Shown here: positions 20,585-31,156 of the stretch, one piece after another
Layout: each line of letters opens with the position of its first letter
Numbering within the stretch: position 1 is the first letter of the stretch
Source: an uncultured bacterium
GTDB taxonomy: Bacteria; SAR324; NAC60-12
NCBI GenBank assembly: GCA_964010765.1
Contig: CAXGMD010000029.1
Location: forward strand, 1-36,210
DNA length: 36,210 bases
Direction of reading: 5' to 3'
Notes under the pieces: generated by a model
What the model was told of the DNA's origin: nothing
Database searches by the model: none
Seen by the model: only the letters and a program-made list of their open reading frames with translations
Program-made: the position numbers and the translations under genes

Positions 20585-21616
20585 TTATTGGTCCGCAACG
20601 GCTGATTTCTCACAAAGATCCAATAATTCCTGGATCTCGGCACCACGGGCAAAATCAGGTTGGTCGTTCACGCCACTCTGGATGCTTTGAATGAAGCGCT
20701 GGTACATGTTCGGTACGCTGCCACATTCCAGTACCTCCCACTTGGCTTTGTCGATATTTGGACCCACACACCATTCCAAGGTCGTCATTGACTTGTCCAG
20801 ATCGATGCGCAGGGAGCCTTCGCTACCGAAGACGCGCAGCGCCACGGTGTTGTCATGCCCGGTCGCCCAACGTGAAGAATGGACGGTCCCCAGAGCGCCG
20901 TTGGCGTAGCGAACACTGATCACAAAGGAGTCATTGGCATCCAGAGTATACTCTCCCATTTGTGTGCCTTTGACATTTGGGAAGGTCTGGAGCGTACAGT
21001 GAAGGCTTGACAAGGGACCGATCGGATAAGTCGCAAAGTCAAGAATGTGGACACCGATGTCTCCCAAAGTACCTTTGCTTCCATGTTGAGTGGAGAGCCT
21101 CCAGAGCCACTTGTTCTCCTTCTTCCAATCCCCCCAGGCCTTGCTGACCAGCCAGCTTTGCAGATAGCTCGCTTCCACATGCATGATGTGACCTAGTTTG
21201 CCAGCCTGAATCAATTCATGCGCCTTGTGAATCGCTGAGGCATTGCGATAGCTGAAGTTGACCATGTTGATCACTCCAGCCTGCTGCGCTGTCTCAGCCA
21301 TCTTCAGGGCATCGGCATGATTCTCAGCAAGGGGTTTTTCACAGAGAACATGTTTGCCAGAGGTCAGTAGTGGAAGTGTGGTTGCACAGTGGAAACGATC
21401 CGGAGTGACGTTGGCCACCGCATCAAATTCGGCAAAGGCCAACAACCCTTCAAGGCTGCTGAAGGCCTGCGGAATGTTGTTCTTCTTCGCAAACTTCTGA
21501 GCAACAGGCAAATGAATGTCTGCACAGGCGACAAGCTCAACACCTTCGATTTTCTGAAATTCTTCGGCATGGCGCTGTGCCATCCCACCCGTGCCAAGTA
21601 TCGCTAAGCGAATCAT
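20585..21616 (-). CDS. Gfo/Idh/MocA oxidoreductase (ThuB-like)
   Basis: GTGGMA Rossmann motif, [18 protein letters not shown]; 4-nt overlap with thuA. Confidence 0.9.
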   Translation of the reverse strand: MIRLAILGTGGMAQRHAEEFQKIEGVELVACADIHLPVAQKFAKKNNIPQAFSSLEGLLAFAEFDAVANVTPDRFHCATTLPLLTSGKHVLCEKPLAENHADALKMAETAQQAGVINMVNFSYRNASAIHKAHELIQAGKLGHIMHVEASYLQSWLVSKAWGDWKKENKWLWRLSTQHGSKGTLGDIGVHILDFATYPIGPLSSLHCTLQTFPNVKGTQMGEYTLDANDSFVISVRYANGALGTVHSSRWATGHDNTVALRVFGSEGSLRIDLDKSMTTLEWCVGPNIDKAKWEVLECGSVPNMYQRFIQSIQSGVNDQPDFARGAEIQELLDLCEKSAVADQ

Positions 21617-22389
21617 CGTAATCCTTCGCTACCAGGTTCATGGAGTTTCGGCCCTCTCTCCTGGATATCTTCGACCGGAGGAGTTGCCTTGCGAGTATAG
21701 TTATCCAGCCAGAGTCCTGGAACAGGACAAGCCCACTTGACTGCGTTTTTCAGGACCAGTTGGATTTCAGGCTGATGATAGATGGGATAGGTTTCATGTC
21801 CTGGGCTAAAGTAGAAGATTTTTCCATTGCCTCGTAGGTAGGTCAGGCCTGAACGGAAGACTTCACCTCCTTGATACCAGCTGCTAAAGATCATCTCGTG
21901 GGGGGTTGGCACCTGGAAAGGTTCACCGTACATTTCTGTCTGAGGAACTTCAAAATAGCGTCCTAATCCTTGTGCAATGGGGTGTCCTGGATTACAGACC
22001 CAAACCCGTTCCATTTCTCCAGCTTCCCGCCAGATCAAAGAGCAGGTTGTTCCCAGCAGTCGCCTGAAGATCTTGGAATAATGCCCAGAGTGCAGCACCA
22101 ATAAGCCCATTCCTTCGAGTACCTGAGCCTGAACACGATCAACGATCTGATCTTCCACCTTGCTGTGAGCCGCATGTCCCCACCAGGTGAGCACATCGGT
22201 CTGTTGCAGTACTTCTTCAGTCAAACCATGTTCGGGTTCCTGCAGTGTGGCCGTTCGAGCCTGAATTTCTGGGTCTTCATTGAGCGCATCGGCAATGCAG
22301 TTGTGCATGCCCATGGGGTAGACTTCCTGGACGACCTTGCTGGTTTGTTCATGAACATTTTCACCCCAGACAGTAACGCGAATCGACAT
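21613..22389 (-). CDS. thuA: trehalose-utilisation protein ThuA
   Basis: [45 protein letters not shown]. Confidence 0.92.
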   Translation of the reverse strand: MSIRVTVWGENVHEQTSKVVQEVYPMGMHNCIADALNEDPEIQARTATLQEPEHGLTEEVLQQTDVLTWWGHAAHSKVEDQIVDRVQAQVLEGMGLLVLHSGHYSKIFRRLLGTTCSLIWREAGEMERVWVCNPGHPIAQGLGRYFEVPQTEMYGEPFQVPTPHEMIFSSWYQGGEVFRSGLTYLRGNGKIFYFSPGHETYPIYHQPEIQLVLKNAVKWACPVPGLWLDNYTRKATPPVEDIQERGPKLHEPGSEGLR

Positions 22390-22488
22390 GCTGCTCCGCT
22401 AGATTATAAATGTGACGATTGAGGAAAAAAGTTAACGCCTACCCTCACCTGAGTTACAACGAGTGTAAAGTGAAAAAACAGAGAAAAT

Positions 22489-24507
22489 CTACTTAAGACG
22501 CCGTAGTTGTTGAAAAAAATCTGCCCTTGATTGTTTTTTTTGCAGCGCCTTCTGAGCAGCATCGATTTTGCCTCCTGGAGCTACTGGAAATAGGGAAGGA
22601 TCGATATCATTGAGAAATCGTGACATGGTTTGCAAAACCTCTTCTCGATAGCGCTTGCGTCGACGAGCCATTGAGAGGGTTAGCTCTTCTCGAGCTCTTG
22701 TAATGCCTACATAACAGAGTCGTCGTTCCTCTTCTTCACCGCTTTCATCAAGGCTTCGTTGGTTGGGGAAGACACCCTCTGCCATTCCCACTAGAAACAC
22801 ATAGGGGAACTCAAGGCCTTTGGCGCTATGGAGCGTCATCAGGGTTACTTGGTTGCTGGCCGACTCTTCTTCCCGGTCATTCTGGGTAAACAGCATCACA
22901 CGCTCCAGGTAGTCCCGCAGACGTTTTTCAGGGTTCTGCTCCACAAACCGATCCAATCCTCGCATCAATTCCAGCACAAAACCAACCCGCTTTTCTTTTG
23001 TCTTTGGATCGATTTTTTGTGTCTCCAGATCACGGATCAGCCCTACATCTGACAGCAATTCACGTAAGACTTCCCCAAGTGGTTCTTGCTGAAAAAGCTG
23101 GCGATAGCGCAAAATCATCTGTGCGAACGATTCCATGCTCATCGCAGCTTCAGTTGGAATTCTAGAGTGTTGCCGTGCCTGTTTGCAGATTTCAAAGAGT
23201 GGCTTTCGCAGCAATTGACAGTAGTAGTTGGCCTGAATCAGGGAGGTCTTGCCGATTCCTCGACGAGGATAATTGATGATCCGATGGAGGCTTACCTCAT
23301 CAGAATGATTATGAATCACCTTCAGGTAGGCCAGGGCATCCTTGACTTCTTTGCGTTCATAAAAACTGGTGCCCCCAATCACTTGGTAAGGAATTCCGGA
23401 ATCCCGCAAGGTTTCTTCAATCAGTCTGGACTGGAAATTGGAGCGGAAAAGGATCGCATAATCTGAGTGAGAGCGTCCGTGTCGTAGCACCTGAATTTTA
23501 ATCCGACGGGCTACCAATTCTAACTCCTCAGCTTCGTCTTTGCCCTCGATCCATTCCAAGGGAACACCGGTTGGCTTTTGAGACCAGAGCTCCTTGGGCA
23601 TTCTTTGTGGGTTTTGGGAAATGACCTGATTGGCAGCCTTCAGAATTGTTGGTGTAGAGCGGTAATTCTGCTCCAGGCGAATGATCTTGGCTTCCGGGAA
23701 GTCTCGTTCGAAATCAAGGATGTTGCGGATGTCAGCCCCACGCCATCCGTAGATCGACTGGTCGTCATCACCAACCACACAGAGATTGCGATGACGCTGG
23801 CACAGATGACACATCAGTTGGTACTGAACACGATTGGTGTCCTGATACTCATCGACCATCAGGTAGTGATATCGCTCCCGGATGGGTTCCATGGCCTCGG
23901 AGTGCTCCTCAAAGAGTTTCAGGGTCAGTAGCAATATGTCATCGAAGTCGATCGCGTTGCAGCCTTTGAGTACGCGTTGATATTCCGCAAAGACTTGTCC
24001 AACTTGGGTGCTTCTGGTTGATTCTCGCTGCTGAAGAAAATGATCTGGACCAAGTCCACGATTTTTTGCTTGTCCAATCTCGTAGTGAACCCCTTTGGCA
24101 TCAATTAAACCGGAATCTTCCAAATCATGATCTTCAATAATTCCTTTGATCACAGACTGCTGATCTTGGGTGTCATAAATCACAAAGTTGGAACGATATC
24201 CCAGTTGATCAATGTGCTCTCGCAGCAGCTGAACCCCCAAGGAATGGAAGGTGCTCAACTGGACTCCCTTTTGCTGCCCTCTCAGTTCGTCTTTGAGCCG
24301 CTCCTGCATTTCACGAGCAGCTTTGTTGGTGAAAGTCACTGCCAAAATTTCTGCTGGTAGAACGTGCTCAACTTGGATCAACCAGGCGATGCGCTGAATG
24401 ATCACTCTGGTTTTGCCACTTCCAGCACCGGCTAGCACTAGAATGGGGCCCTTGGTGGAGGTGACCGCTTGACGTTGCTGGGGGTTGAGATGAGAGAGGT
24501 CCATCAA
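22489..24507 (-). CDS. SF1 DNA helicase, UvrD/Rep/PcrA family
   Basis: AGAGSGKT, DEYQDTN, VGDDDQSIY, NYRS, TLHSAKGLEF, EEERRLCYVGITRA. Confidence 0.96.
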   Translation of the reverse strand: MMDLSHLNPQQRQAVTSTKGPILVLAGAGSGKTRVIIQRIAWLIQVEHVLPAEILAVTFTNKAAREMQERLKDELRGQQKGVQLSTFHSLGVQLLREHIDQLGYRSNFVIYDTQDQQSVIKGIIEDHDLEDSGLIDAKGVHYEIGQAKNRGLGPDHFLQQRESTRSTQVGQVFAEYQRVLKGCNAIDFDDILLLTLKLFEEHSEAMEPIRERYHYLMVDEYQDTNRVQYQLMCHLCQRHRNLCVVGDDDQSIYGWRGADIRNILDFERDFPEAKIIRLEQNYRSTPTILKAANQVISQNPQRMPKELWSQKPTGVPLEWIEGKDEAEELELVARRIKIQVLRHGRSHSDYAILFRSNFQSRLIEETLRDSGIPYQVIGGTSFYERKEVKDALAYLKVIHNHSDEVSLHRIINYPRRGIGKTSLIQANYYCQLLRKPLFEICKQARQHSRIPTEAAMSMESFAQMILRYRQLFQQEPLGEVLRELLSDVGLIRDLETQKIDPKTKEKRVGFVLELMRGLDRFVEQNPEKRLRDYLERVMLFTQNDREEESASNQVTLMTLHSAKGLEFPYVFLVGMAEGVFPNQRSLDESGEEEERRLCYVGITRAREELTLSMARRRKRYREEVLQTMSRFLNDIDPSLFPVAPGGKIDAAQKALQKKQSRADFFQQLRRLK

Positions 24508-25853
24508 TGGGCAGGTGTTTCAGCAGAAGGGAGGGGCGTTCCCAAGAGAACATCACCCCGAATACTCTCCAGTTGAACTGGAATTAGTCGATTACGCTGA
24601 AGACTTTCGTGCTTGGTAGAGTTCAGTTGAACACGTAGGTAATTGTCCGTATAGCCGCCTTGGCGACCGTCCGGTTTGGTCTTTTCCAGCAAGACGCTAC
24701 GACTAGTTCCAACAAAACGCTGCATGAAATCATGACGCAATCTTTTGCTGAGTTCACGCAGTCGAGCAGCCCGTGTTCGCTTTTCGTCTGGAGAAACCTT
24801 GGCTACTAACCTGGTCGCTGGCGTTCCAGCCCTCTCAGAGAAGGGGAAGACGTGCAAATAACCCATCGGCAGGTTCGCTAGCAAATTCAATGTTTCTGTA
24901 AACTCTGACTCACCTTCACCCGGAAATCCAACCATGACATCTGCTCCCACGCAAAGATCTGGGATTTTCTGGACGGCTTCTTCGACTTCACGGGCATAGT
25001 TGAGCGCGTTATAGCGGCGTTTCATCAACTCCAGAATCCGGTTGGAGCCAGATTGAACAGGCAGGTGGAGAAAAGGTACCAACTTATGGCTCTGATCTCC
25101 CATCCGTTCCAACAGACCAGGGTCAACAGTGGTTGGCTCAATTGAAGAAATCCTGATCCTTTGTAGGTCTTTCAGAGAATCAAGAAAATCGACAATATCC
25201 ACCAAATTTTGTCCATGGAGATCATAGGTGCCAAGGTTCACTCCCGTTAGAACAATCTCCTGAATGCCAGAAGCTACCTGTTGCTCTGCTTCTGCACAGA
25301 GATTGTCAAACTCACGGTGTCGTGAACGTCCGCGAGCAAAGGGGATGATGCAGAAGGAACACATGAAGTCGCAGCCGTCCTGCACTTTGAGTTGACCACG
25401 TGTCGGACCAAGCTGTCTCTCTGCCTTTCCTTCCTCGGCAAGAGGGAATGGTAGCGAGAAAGGAAGACGTCGAATCTTGTCGTGCACAATCTGTGGGGAT
25501 GTTTGTGCTTCATCCAACAGTGGTAGCCAGTTTGCTATTTGGTGTTTGGCTTCATTTCCAACCACAAGGCCGACACCAGGCAGATCTGCCATGGCTTCCG
25601 GTTCCATTTGGGCCTGGCAGCCGGTTACTGCAATCCGTGCTTGAGGCATACGCCGATGGAGCGATCGGATCAATTGGCGATTTTTCGAATCACTGGCTCC
25701 TGTGACTGTGCAGGTATTGACAATGCACAGATCTGCTTCAGCATTCTCGGGCACAATCTGGTAGCCATGTTGGCTCAACTGATGTCCTAGGCTCTCACTT
25801 TCTGAATGATTAAGCCGACAGCCCAAGGTATGCAGGGAAACTCTGGTCGTCAC
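24504..25853 (-). CDS. mtaB: tRNA t6A37 methylthiotransferase MtaB
   Basis: TLGCRLN.SES, NTCTVT, TGC.AQ (UPF0004); radical-SAM CDFMCSFC; C-terminal TRAM-like GYTDNY; GTG start. Confidence 0.9.
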   Translation of the reverse strand: MTTRVSLHTLGCRLNHSESESLGHQLSQHGYQIVPENAEADLCIVNTCTVTGASDSKNRQLIRSLHRRMPQARIAVTGCQAQMEPEAMADLPGVGLVVGNEAKHQIANWLPLLDEAQTSPQIVHDKIRRLPFSLPFPLAEEGKAERQLGPTRGQLKVQDGCDFMCSFCIIPFARGRSRHREFDNLCAEAEQQVASGIQEIVLTGVNLGTYDLHGQNLVDIVDFLDSLKDLQRIRISSIEPTTVDPGLLERMGDQSHKLVPFLHLPVQSGSNRILELMKRRYNALNYAREVEEAVQKIPDLCVGADVMVGFPGEGESEFTETLNLLANLPMGYLHVFPFSERAGTPATRLVAKVSPDEKRTRAARLRELSKRLRHDFMQRFVGTSRSVLLEKTKPDGRQGGYTDNYLRVQLNSTKHESLQRNRLIPVQLESIRGDVLLGTPLPSAETPAH

Positions 25854-25941
25854 GAAGGAAGATTGCTAAGATATTGGACAGTAATTGTTTGCAGACTTTT
25901 GAAATAAACGAATAAAGGTATCACAGGAGGGGCAAGTTGCG

Positions 25942-26592
25942 ATGAAAAATTCCCAGTCTTGGAAGGGTCTATTAATCATACTCGGTTGTTTTCTAGGATT
26001 TGCTTCCACAGCAGAGGCTGTCGGTGTGCGACTACAATTCCTGATTCCCACTGGAGGTTCTGCAAAGGTGAACGGTTTCAACGAGGAAGATCCGCAAACC
26101 AGTGGACTCGGACTCTCTCTTTTGTTGCCTGCAACAGAATCTTTACGGATTGTTGCGGGTTATAATTATTTTGCGGCAACTATCGAGGAATCTCAGGACA
26201 ACGCAACTCTGAGTAGAAAAAACGATGGAGCTTTCTACGCTCATATTCTGGAAGCTGGTGTTGAATATACGGGTATCCAGCTATTCACAGATTACCAGTT
26301 GCTGCTAGGTTTAACGGCTCGAATTCCAATGAGTGCAGATGGTTCTGTGAAAACAACCGATACTGACAAAACAAACCCAACAGCGGATTCCACAAAACTG
26401 AAAAGCACAGAAGCGGTTGGAGGTGGTGTGTTTGCAAACATAGGAGTTAGCCGTGGCAGGTGGGATGTGGGGGTTTATTATCAGGGGACAAGCCTGGAAT
26501 ATGAGATTGAGGTTCCTCAACTGAGTGGTGAGACGGAGAAGGCCAACGTGATGTTGACGGAGTACGGACTCAGTGTGGGATATCGATTTTGA
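25942..26592 (+). CDS. outer-membrane beta-barrel protein
   Basis: Signal peptide ending AEA, alternating amphipathic strands, C-terminal GLSVGYRF; SD AGGAGG. Confidence 0.75.
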   Translation: MKNSQSWKGLLIILGCFLGFASTAEAVGVRLQFLIPTGGSAKVNGFNEEDPQTSGLGLSLLLPATESLRIVAGYNYFAATIEESQDNATLSRKNDGAFYAHILEAGVEYTGIQLFTDYQLLLGLTARIPMSADGSVKTTDTDKTNPTADSTKLKSTEAVGGGVFANIGVSRGRWDVGVYYQGTSLEYEIEVPQLSGETEKANVMLTEYGLSVGYRF

Positions 26593-26610
26593 GGAGTGTT
26601 CTATACCAGT

Positions 26611-27045
26611 TCATTCCCTTTGGGATAAACTAGCAACTCGTTGTTGGTGCTCTACGCAGAACTCGTAGAGAATCGAGATTAATTCTGTAAGATCAATGGG
26701 TTTGCTGAGAAAGTACTGAGCCCCTGCGTTGATTAGGTCGATCAGGTAGTGGGGCTCGTCATGAGCAGAGATCACAATGATCATCTGATGCCGATCCTTC
26801 CGCCGAATGGCTTTCACCATTTCCACCCCATTGAGCTTTGGCATATTGATGTCAGTGATAATAATCTCGTACTTCCCAGGCTCGAACAGCTCCAGTCCTT
26901 CCTCACCATTTTGGGCCAGATCAATTTTTTCAAAGAAATTTCTCAGCAAATGTGCCGTTTCCTGTTGCAACGTCCGATCATCTTCCACATAGAGCAGGCT
27001 GACTCCCTTCGACACAGAGATCAGTTTCTCGATACTGTTCATCAT
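26611..27045 (-). CDS. single-domain response regulator
   Basis: LLYVEDD, IITDINMP (phospho-Asp), ISAH, SKP; no output domain. Confidence 0.92.
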   Translation of the reverse strand: MMNSIEKLISVSKGVSLLYVEDDRTLQQETAHLLRNFFEKIDLAQNGEEGLELFEPGKYEIIITDINMPKLNGVEMVKAIRRKDRHQMIIVISAHDEPHYLIDLINAGAQYFLSKPIDLTELISILYEFCVEHQQRVASLSQRE

Positions 27046-28802
27046 TGAGGGGCAACCTTTTTCGGATAGTTAAGCAGAGATCCTGGCTGTTCGGCTGACA
27101 AGTTGAAATTTGTTGTTTGAGCCTCAGTCATCATGTTTTGCTCAGCATTTTCGGGCAATCGCTCATTGAGTTCCACTCGAAAACACGCTCCACCATCTTT
27201 ATTTGCCACAGTCAACTTGCCACCAAGATGGTCTTCAATGATCATCCGGCTCATGTACAAACCCAAACCGGTGCCATTGAGTTTGTTTTTTGTTGAAAAA
27301 TAAGGAAAAAAAATTTGATCAACCACGTCCTCCGGTATGCCTCCAGCGTTATCCTGCACTTCTAGTATTTGTCTATCCTGCTGAGCGTAGGTACGCAGGA
27401 TAAGCTTCTTTTTATCTATTCCGCTTTCCTCCAACGCTTCCTCAGCATTTTTCAACAGGTTGATCAAAGCTTGCTGGACTTCATTCGGGAACAATTCCAA
27501 CTGGGGTAGTTCACCAAACTCCTTGACCAGTTCGATGTCCTGTGTCTGTAGAGATAATCCGATGATTTCCACGGTACGTTGAACCAACTCGTTGAGTTGC
27601 ACGAATGCACGTTGACGGTCTGGCCGAAAGAAATCCCGGAAATCATTGATCGTTCGAGAAAGAAAGGAGGTAGTATCTTGAATTTTTTTCAACTTCTCAA
27701 GTGTCCCCTCACTGGTGGCATTACCAAGCTGCTGTTCCAATTTAATAGAGGACGCGATCATGTTAATAGTGGCCAATGGTTGGCGCCACTGATGAGCAAT
27801 CATCGCCAACATTTCTCCCATCGAAGCCATCTTGGTCGATTGGACAAGCTGTTGCTGCATCTGCTGTAGTTCTTCATAAGCCTGCTTCAACTCTTCGTGA
27901 CTAGTCTGCAAGTCCGTCGCTGACTCTTGAATCAATTGAATTTGTAATAGGAGTTGGGTTTGAAGATGTTGGAAAGCGTTGACAAGCTGGTGGGACTCCC
28001 AAGTGTTTGCAGAAATGTCAGCTAACTCAAGATCTCGGAGTTGAGCTTCGAACTGCTGTAGAGAGTCACTGTCCCTCAGAGAATCTGTCTTCAGCAATGC
28101 TAGGCGGGTGGTTAATTGCTGAATCGGAGCGGCAACACGACGTGCTACCACCACAGAAATAATCAGCCCAAACAGTATTAGGAGTGCTTCAATAATCAGC
28201 AGTGATCGTTGGTTCTCTGCAACGGCCTTGTCCAGTGGTTGCTGAGATAAACCAATGTGCATTATCCCAACTGGTTCTCCCCAAAACACCAACTGACGAC
28301 GAGCTTCAAACACAACTTCTCCAGCTTTTCCACGGACTTCCTCGTCAATAAAGGCATGAGTCAACAGAATCTGTTCCCTGAGCTTATAGTCACCAGTTTG
28401 AGTGACCGTCCTTTGTCTGGGAGCATCACGAGTGTCAAGAATCTTTGTCTGAGAGGGCTCCCACTCAATAACCTCAGGTTCATACTCCTCAATCAGATTA
28501 TCGTCATAAGCAAAAAGAATTTCGTTCTCCATGTTGCGAACGAAGACATAAACCAACTCGGGTTGTGAATCGAGAAGAGTGAAATTGATCTCCAGTTGGG
28601 CCCAGTTGGAGGTGCCCACCCACTCTGTCGTCTTGGCGGCAAGTGATTCAGAGATCCAATAAATACGCTCAAAGTAAGCGCTGCGGAGGCCCTCAACCTG
28701 GCGTTTTTGACCAATGTACCAAGTCAGGGCATTTGAGAGGAGCAAGGCACTCCCCAAGGAGATGAGGAGCACCGTGCGGAGTCGGATTGGTTGAAAAAGC
28801 AT
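27042..28802 (-). CDS. membrane sensor histidine kinase (2 TM, periplasmic domain, HAMP-like, HisKA, HATPase)
   Basis: H-box MGEMLAMIAHQWRQPL, N-box NLLKNA, DNAGGI, PYFSTK, GTGLGL. Confidence 0.94.
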   Translation of the reverse strand: MLFQPIRLRTVLLISLGSALLLSNALTWYIGQKRQVEGLRSAYFERIYWISESLAAKTTEWVGTSNWAQLEINFTLLDSQPELVYVFVRNMENEILFAYDDNLIEEYEPEVIEWEPSQTKILDTRDAPRQRTVTQTGDYKLREQILLTHAFIDEEVRGKAGEVVFEARRQLVFWGEPVGIMHIGLSQQPLDKAVAENQRSLLIIEALLILFGLIISVVVARRVAAPIQQLTTRLALLKTDSLRDSDSLQQFEAQLRDLELADISANTWESHQLVNAFQHLQTQLLLQIQLIQESATDLQTSHEELKQAYEELQQMQQQLVQSTKMASMGEMLAMIAHQWRQPLATINMIASSIKLEQQLGNATSEGTLEKLKKIQDTTSFLSRTINDFRDFFRPDRQRAFVQLNELVQRTVEIIGLSLQTQDIELVKEFGELPQLELFPNEVQQALINLLKNAEEALEESGIDKKKLILRTYAQQDRQILEVQDNAGGIPEDVVDQIFFPYFSTKNKLNGTGLGLYMSRMIIEDHLGGKLTVANKDGGACFRVELNERLPENAEQNMMTEAQTTNFNLSAEQPGSLLNYPKKVAPQ

Positions 28803-28816
28803 GTAGTGAAAGGAGG

Positions 28817-29710
28817 TCAGCGTGTCTCAATTTTTTGTAGGAAAAACAAGAATTGAGGCAAACGACCTGCCAAATCAGGATGTTCTGCGACAGGAAAGAC
28901 TACGCTGTAAGGTCCACCGTAGGCTGAAATGATTTTCTGATTGTCGAAGGATCGAAGAACAACGATGGGTTTGCTCAAATCTTCTTTCTTCAGAGTAACA
29001 GAGTTGCCCACGTACGGAGTAAGTACAACCTCATTGAAATTATCGGAAGTCAGAAAATCTCGTAGAAATGCTCCCTCTGTTTGTGTGTCTCGATCTGGGG
29101 CAGGTAGCGGCTTACGGTACCCTCTGGGAATTGGGGGGACGTAGTTCAGGAGTTCTCCGGGGAGGGCTGCAATCTCTTTAGCATCCAGCACTCTGGAGTT
29201 TCCACTTTCAACAACGGTTAACTCTGGGGTAAGGGAGGTTCCAAGAATTACCGTGTCGATGTACCAGTTGTATAGACCCTGATCACTGACCTGCTCATGC
29301 ATCACCATAAATGGTCCACCTCGATTCTTTTTAATGCGCTTTCCGTCGCTGGAGAAAGCGATCATCACATTATCTTTTCGAATCTGCTCAATTGGTTCGT
29401 AGGTGACATAGACGTTGTTGGCAATGAAAGTGACCCCGTCAATGTTTTCATCGGCCTTTGTCAGTTCAATGATTTTCTCAATCGTGATTCCCTTAAATTC
29501 CTTCTGACCATCGTCTGGGAAGTTAGGATCCTGGGAGGTGTAGGTTGTGGCGTTGGCTTCCATCATTTCCTGATCCAGCACAAAAGCTTGCCCTGAGTCA
29601 GTACCAAGCTGTCCAATGATCTGAATTTGTGTTTGACGCGCCCAAAGGGTGCTATTCATCAGAATGCAGGTGAATGCGAACAACCCTAAAATGAATCCTA
29701 CTCGTTTCAT
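28817..29710 (-). CDS. periplasmic protein with two tandem SUOX/molybdopterin-binding-like (PruR-like) domains
   Basis: SD GGAG plus Sec-type signal from ATG 29710. Domain 1: FKGITIEKII..ANNVY..IAFSSDGKRI..GGPFMV..WYI. Domain 2: EGAFLRDFL..VVLRSFDNQKI..GGPYSVVFP..FL. No Cys in the mature part. Confidence 0.7.
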   Translation of the reverse strand: MKRVGFILGLFAFTCILMNSTLWARQTQIQIIGQLGTDSGQAFVLDQEMMEANATTYTSQDPNFPDDGQKEFKGITIEKIIELTKADENIDGVTFIANNVYVTYEPIEQIRKDNVMIAFSSDGKRIKKNRGGPFMVMHEQVSDQGLYNWYIDTVILGTSLTPELTVVESGNSRVLDAKEIAALPGELLNYVPPIPRGYRKPLPAPDRDTQTEGAFLRDFLTSDNFNEVVLTPYVGNSVTLKKEDLSKPIVVLRSFDNQKIISAYGGPYSVVFPVAEHPDLAGRLPQFLFFLQKIETR

Positions 29711-29919
29711 GTCGTCTCCAATCAGAGTTACCAAAGCTAGAGCCACTTAGGGCTTGAATACGCTAATTGCTGCTTTGAATAAAACTTTAGTAACTTTTTT
29801 GATAGAAAAGAGCAAATTCGATGTTTGAAACCAAGTGGAGGAGGGGTGGAAAGCAGAAGCTGTCCGAAGAGGAAAATAGACGTGATCAGCTTGATTGAAT
29901 GACCACGTCGATAGTAGTA

Positions 29920-31062
29920 CTAATCGCCAGACTGAAGCACCCAGTTTTGTGGGTGACCACAAAGGTTGTAGTCAGCTCTGGAAAACCAACCGAGGCAGCT
30001 CCAAGATAAAAATTGGGCAATGCGGGCGCTATCCCAAGCACCTGGCAGCCCAGAAGGTTCGGTGCGCAAGAACTCAAGGCGTTGATTGACTGGTAAAGAT
30101 GGTGAGAGCAATTTTTCCAAACGGTCCATTTCTATCTGTCCATCGCGAGACCATTTCATTTGACTTCTCAATGCTGCTTCGAGCGCAGATTCTGAAACTC
30201 CATTGGCTGTAGCGTATCTATCAGCTTCAGTTGAACCTGTTTTACTAAGATTTGGTAAAATGACTTGACCAAGGCACATCCATACAACAAAAGCCATGCT
30301 TGTTAGGAACAGGCCCCGGACTGTCTCGACACCAGCACCTGAGAAGAGACTAGCTGAATAGAAGCCATACAAATTCCACAATATTGCGACCATAATACCT
30401 CGGTGTCTGCTGTGAGTTCGAAGTGCTCCGATTCGCCGTAAGACTTGCGCCTTCAACTCATCCTCGGACATTTCTAACCAACGTGAAGGTATAATAGTCT
30501 TTTCCATCCAAGGTAGTCCGGTGATACCTCCAGCAAAAGCAGGGTCTTCTTCTTTCACTACTTCTGTTCTTCTACTCAATAACTCCCCTATCCTTCTTCG
30601 GAAGTTTTCTCGGTCTTCACCATAAATCTTGTAGCCAGCTACGATCCGGGCCAAGGGATTCTGCAACAGTAGCATCAAAGCAGACGTGCTTATTAAAAGC
30701 GCCATCACTCCCAAAATTCCATAGTGTTTACCAATTTCCATTATCAGCAGACCAGATATCCACAGGATAGCGGCGTGTAACATGATACCACGACTTAATC
30801 TCTTCCAAAATTTAGGGAAACTTTCTTTCTTGTATTTCGTTAATTTTGGAATTACGAAGCCACCCAATATATCGAGCGGAAGCATAATGCAAATGTAAGC
30901 CAATACAATCAATGTCCACCACTGAATTTCCACGAACAGAGACGATGGTTCTGCTGGAAAAAGTTTTGATGGCCATTCATTGAACAGTCCCAAACATGCT
31001 ATCAAAGTCCACAGAGCTAAATTGAATAATCCTAACCAAGCTTTTGAAATTGTATATTGCAT
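29920..31062 (-). CDS. polytopic membrane protein, Ste24/M48A-peptidase-like but lacking HExxH
   Basis: LPLDILGGFVIPK..KESFPKFW, MSEDELKAQVLRRIGA, LSK..TEADRYA and PVNQRLEFL line up by eye with Ste24-family segments. Confidence 0.65.
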   Translation of the reverse strand: MQYTISKAWLGLFNLALWTLIACLGLFNEWPSKLFPAEPSSLFVEIQWWTLIVLAYICIMLPLDILGGFVIPKLTKYKKESFPKFWKRLSRGIMLHAAILWISGLLIMEIGKHYGILGVMALLISTSALMLLLQNPLARIVAGYKIYGEDRENFRRRIGELLSRRTEVVKEEDPAFAGGITGLPWMEKTIIPSRWLEMSEDELKAQVLRRIGALRTHSRHRGIMVAILWNLYGFYSASLFSGAGVETVRGLFLTSMAFVVWMCLGQVILPNLSKTGSTEADRYATANGVSESALEAALRSQMKWSRDGQIEMDRLEKLLSPSLPVNQRLEFLRTEPSGLPGAWDSARIAQFLSWSCLGWFSRADYNLCGHPQNWVLQSGD

Positions 31063-31081
31063 TTAAAAATCTATTGCTGAG

Positions 31082-31156
31082 AATCGTAGGATTAAAAATC
31101 CTACGATTTAACTTGTGAACAAAGATCAAGACTAAGTCGATAGATTAGTCTTGATC
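31082..31156 (-). terminator. two tandem perfect 12-bp hairpins downstream of the rhodopsin gene
   Basis: AATCGTAGGATT-3-AATCCTACGATT (31082-31108) and GATCAAGACTAA-9-TTAGTCTTGATC (31124-31156); the latter is followed by UUUGUU on the minus strand. Confidence 0.7.

Noticed and set aside
16662..29600. Many 60-200 aa alternate-frame or antisense ORFs (e.g. 18057-18668, 18953-19450, 23086-23466)
   Set aside because: They overlap well-supported genes and show no motifs; expected shadow ORFs.
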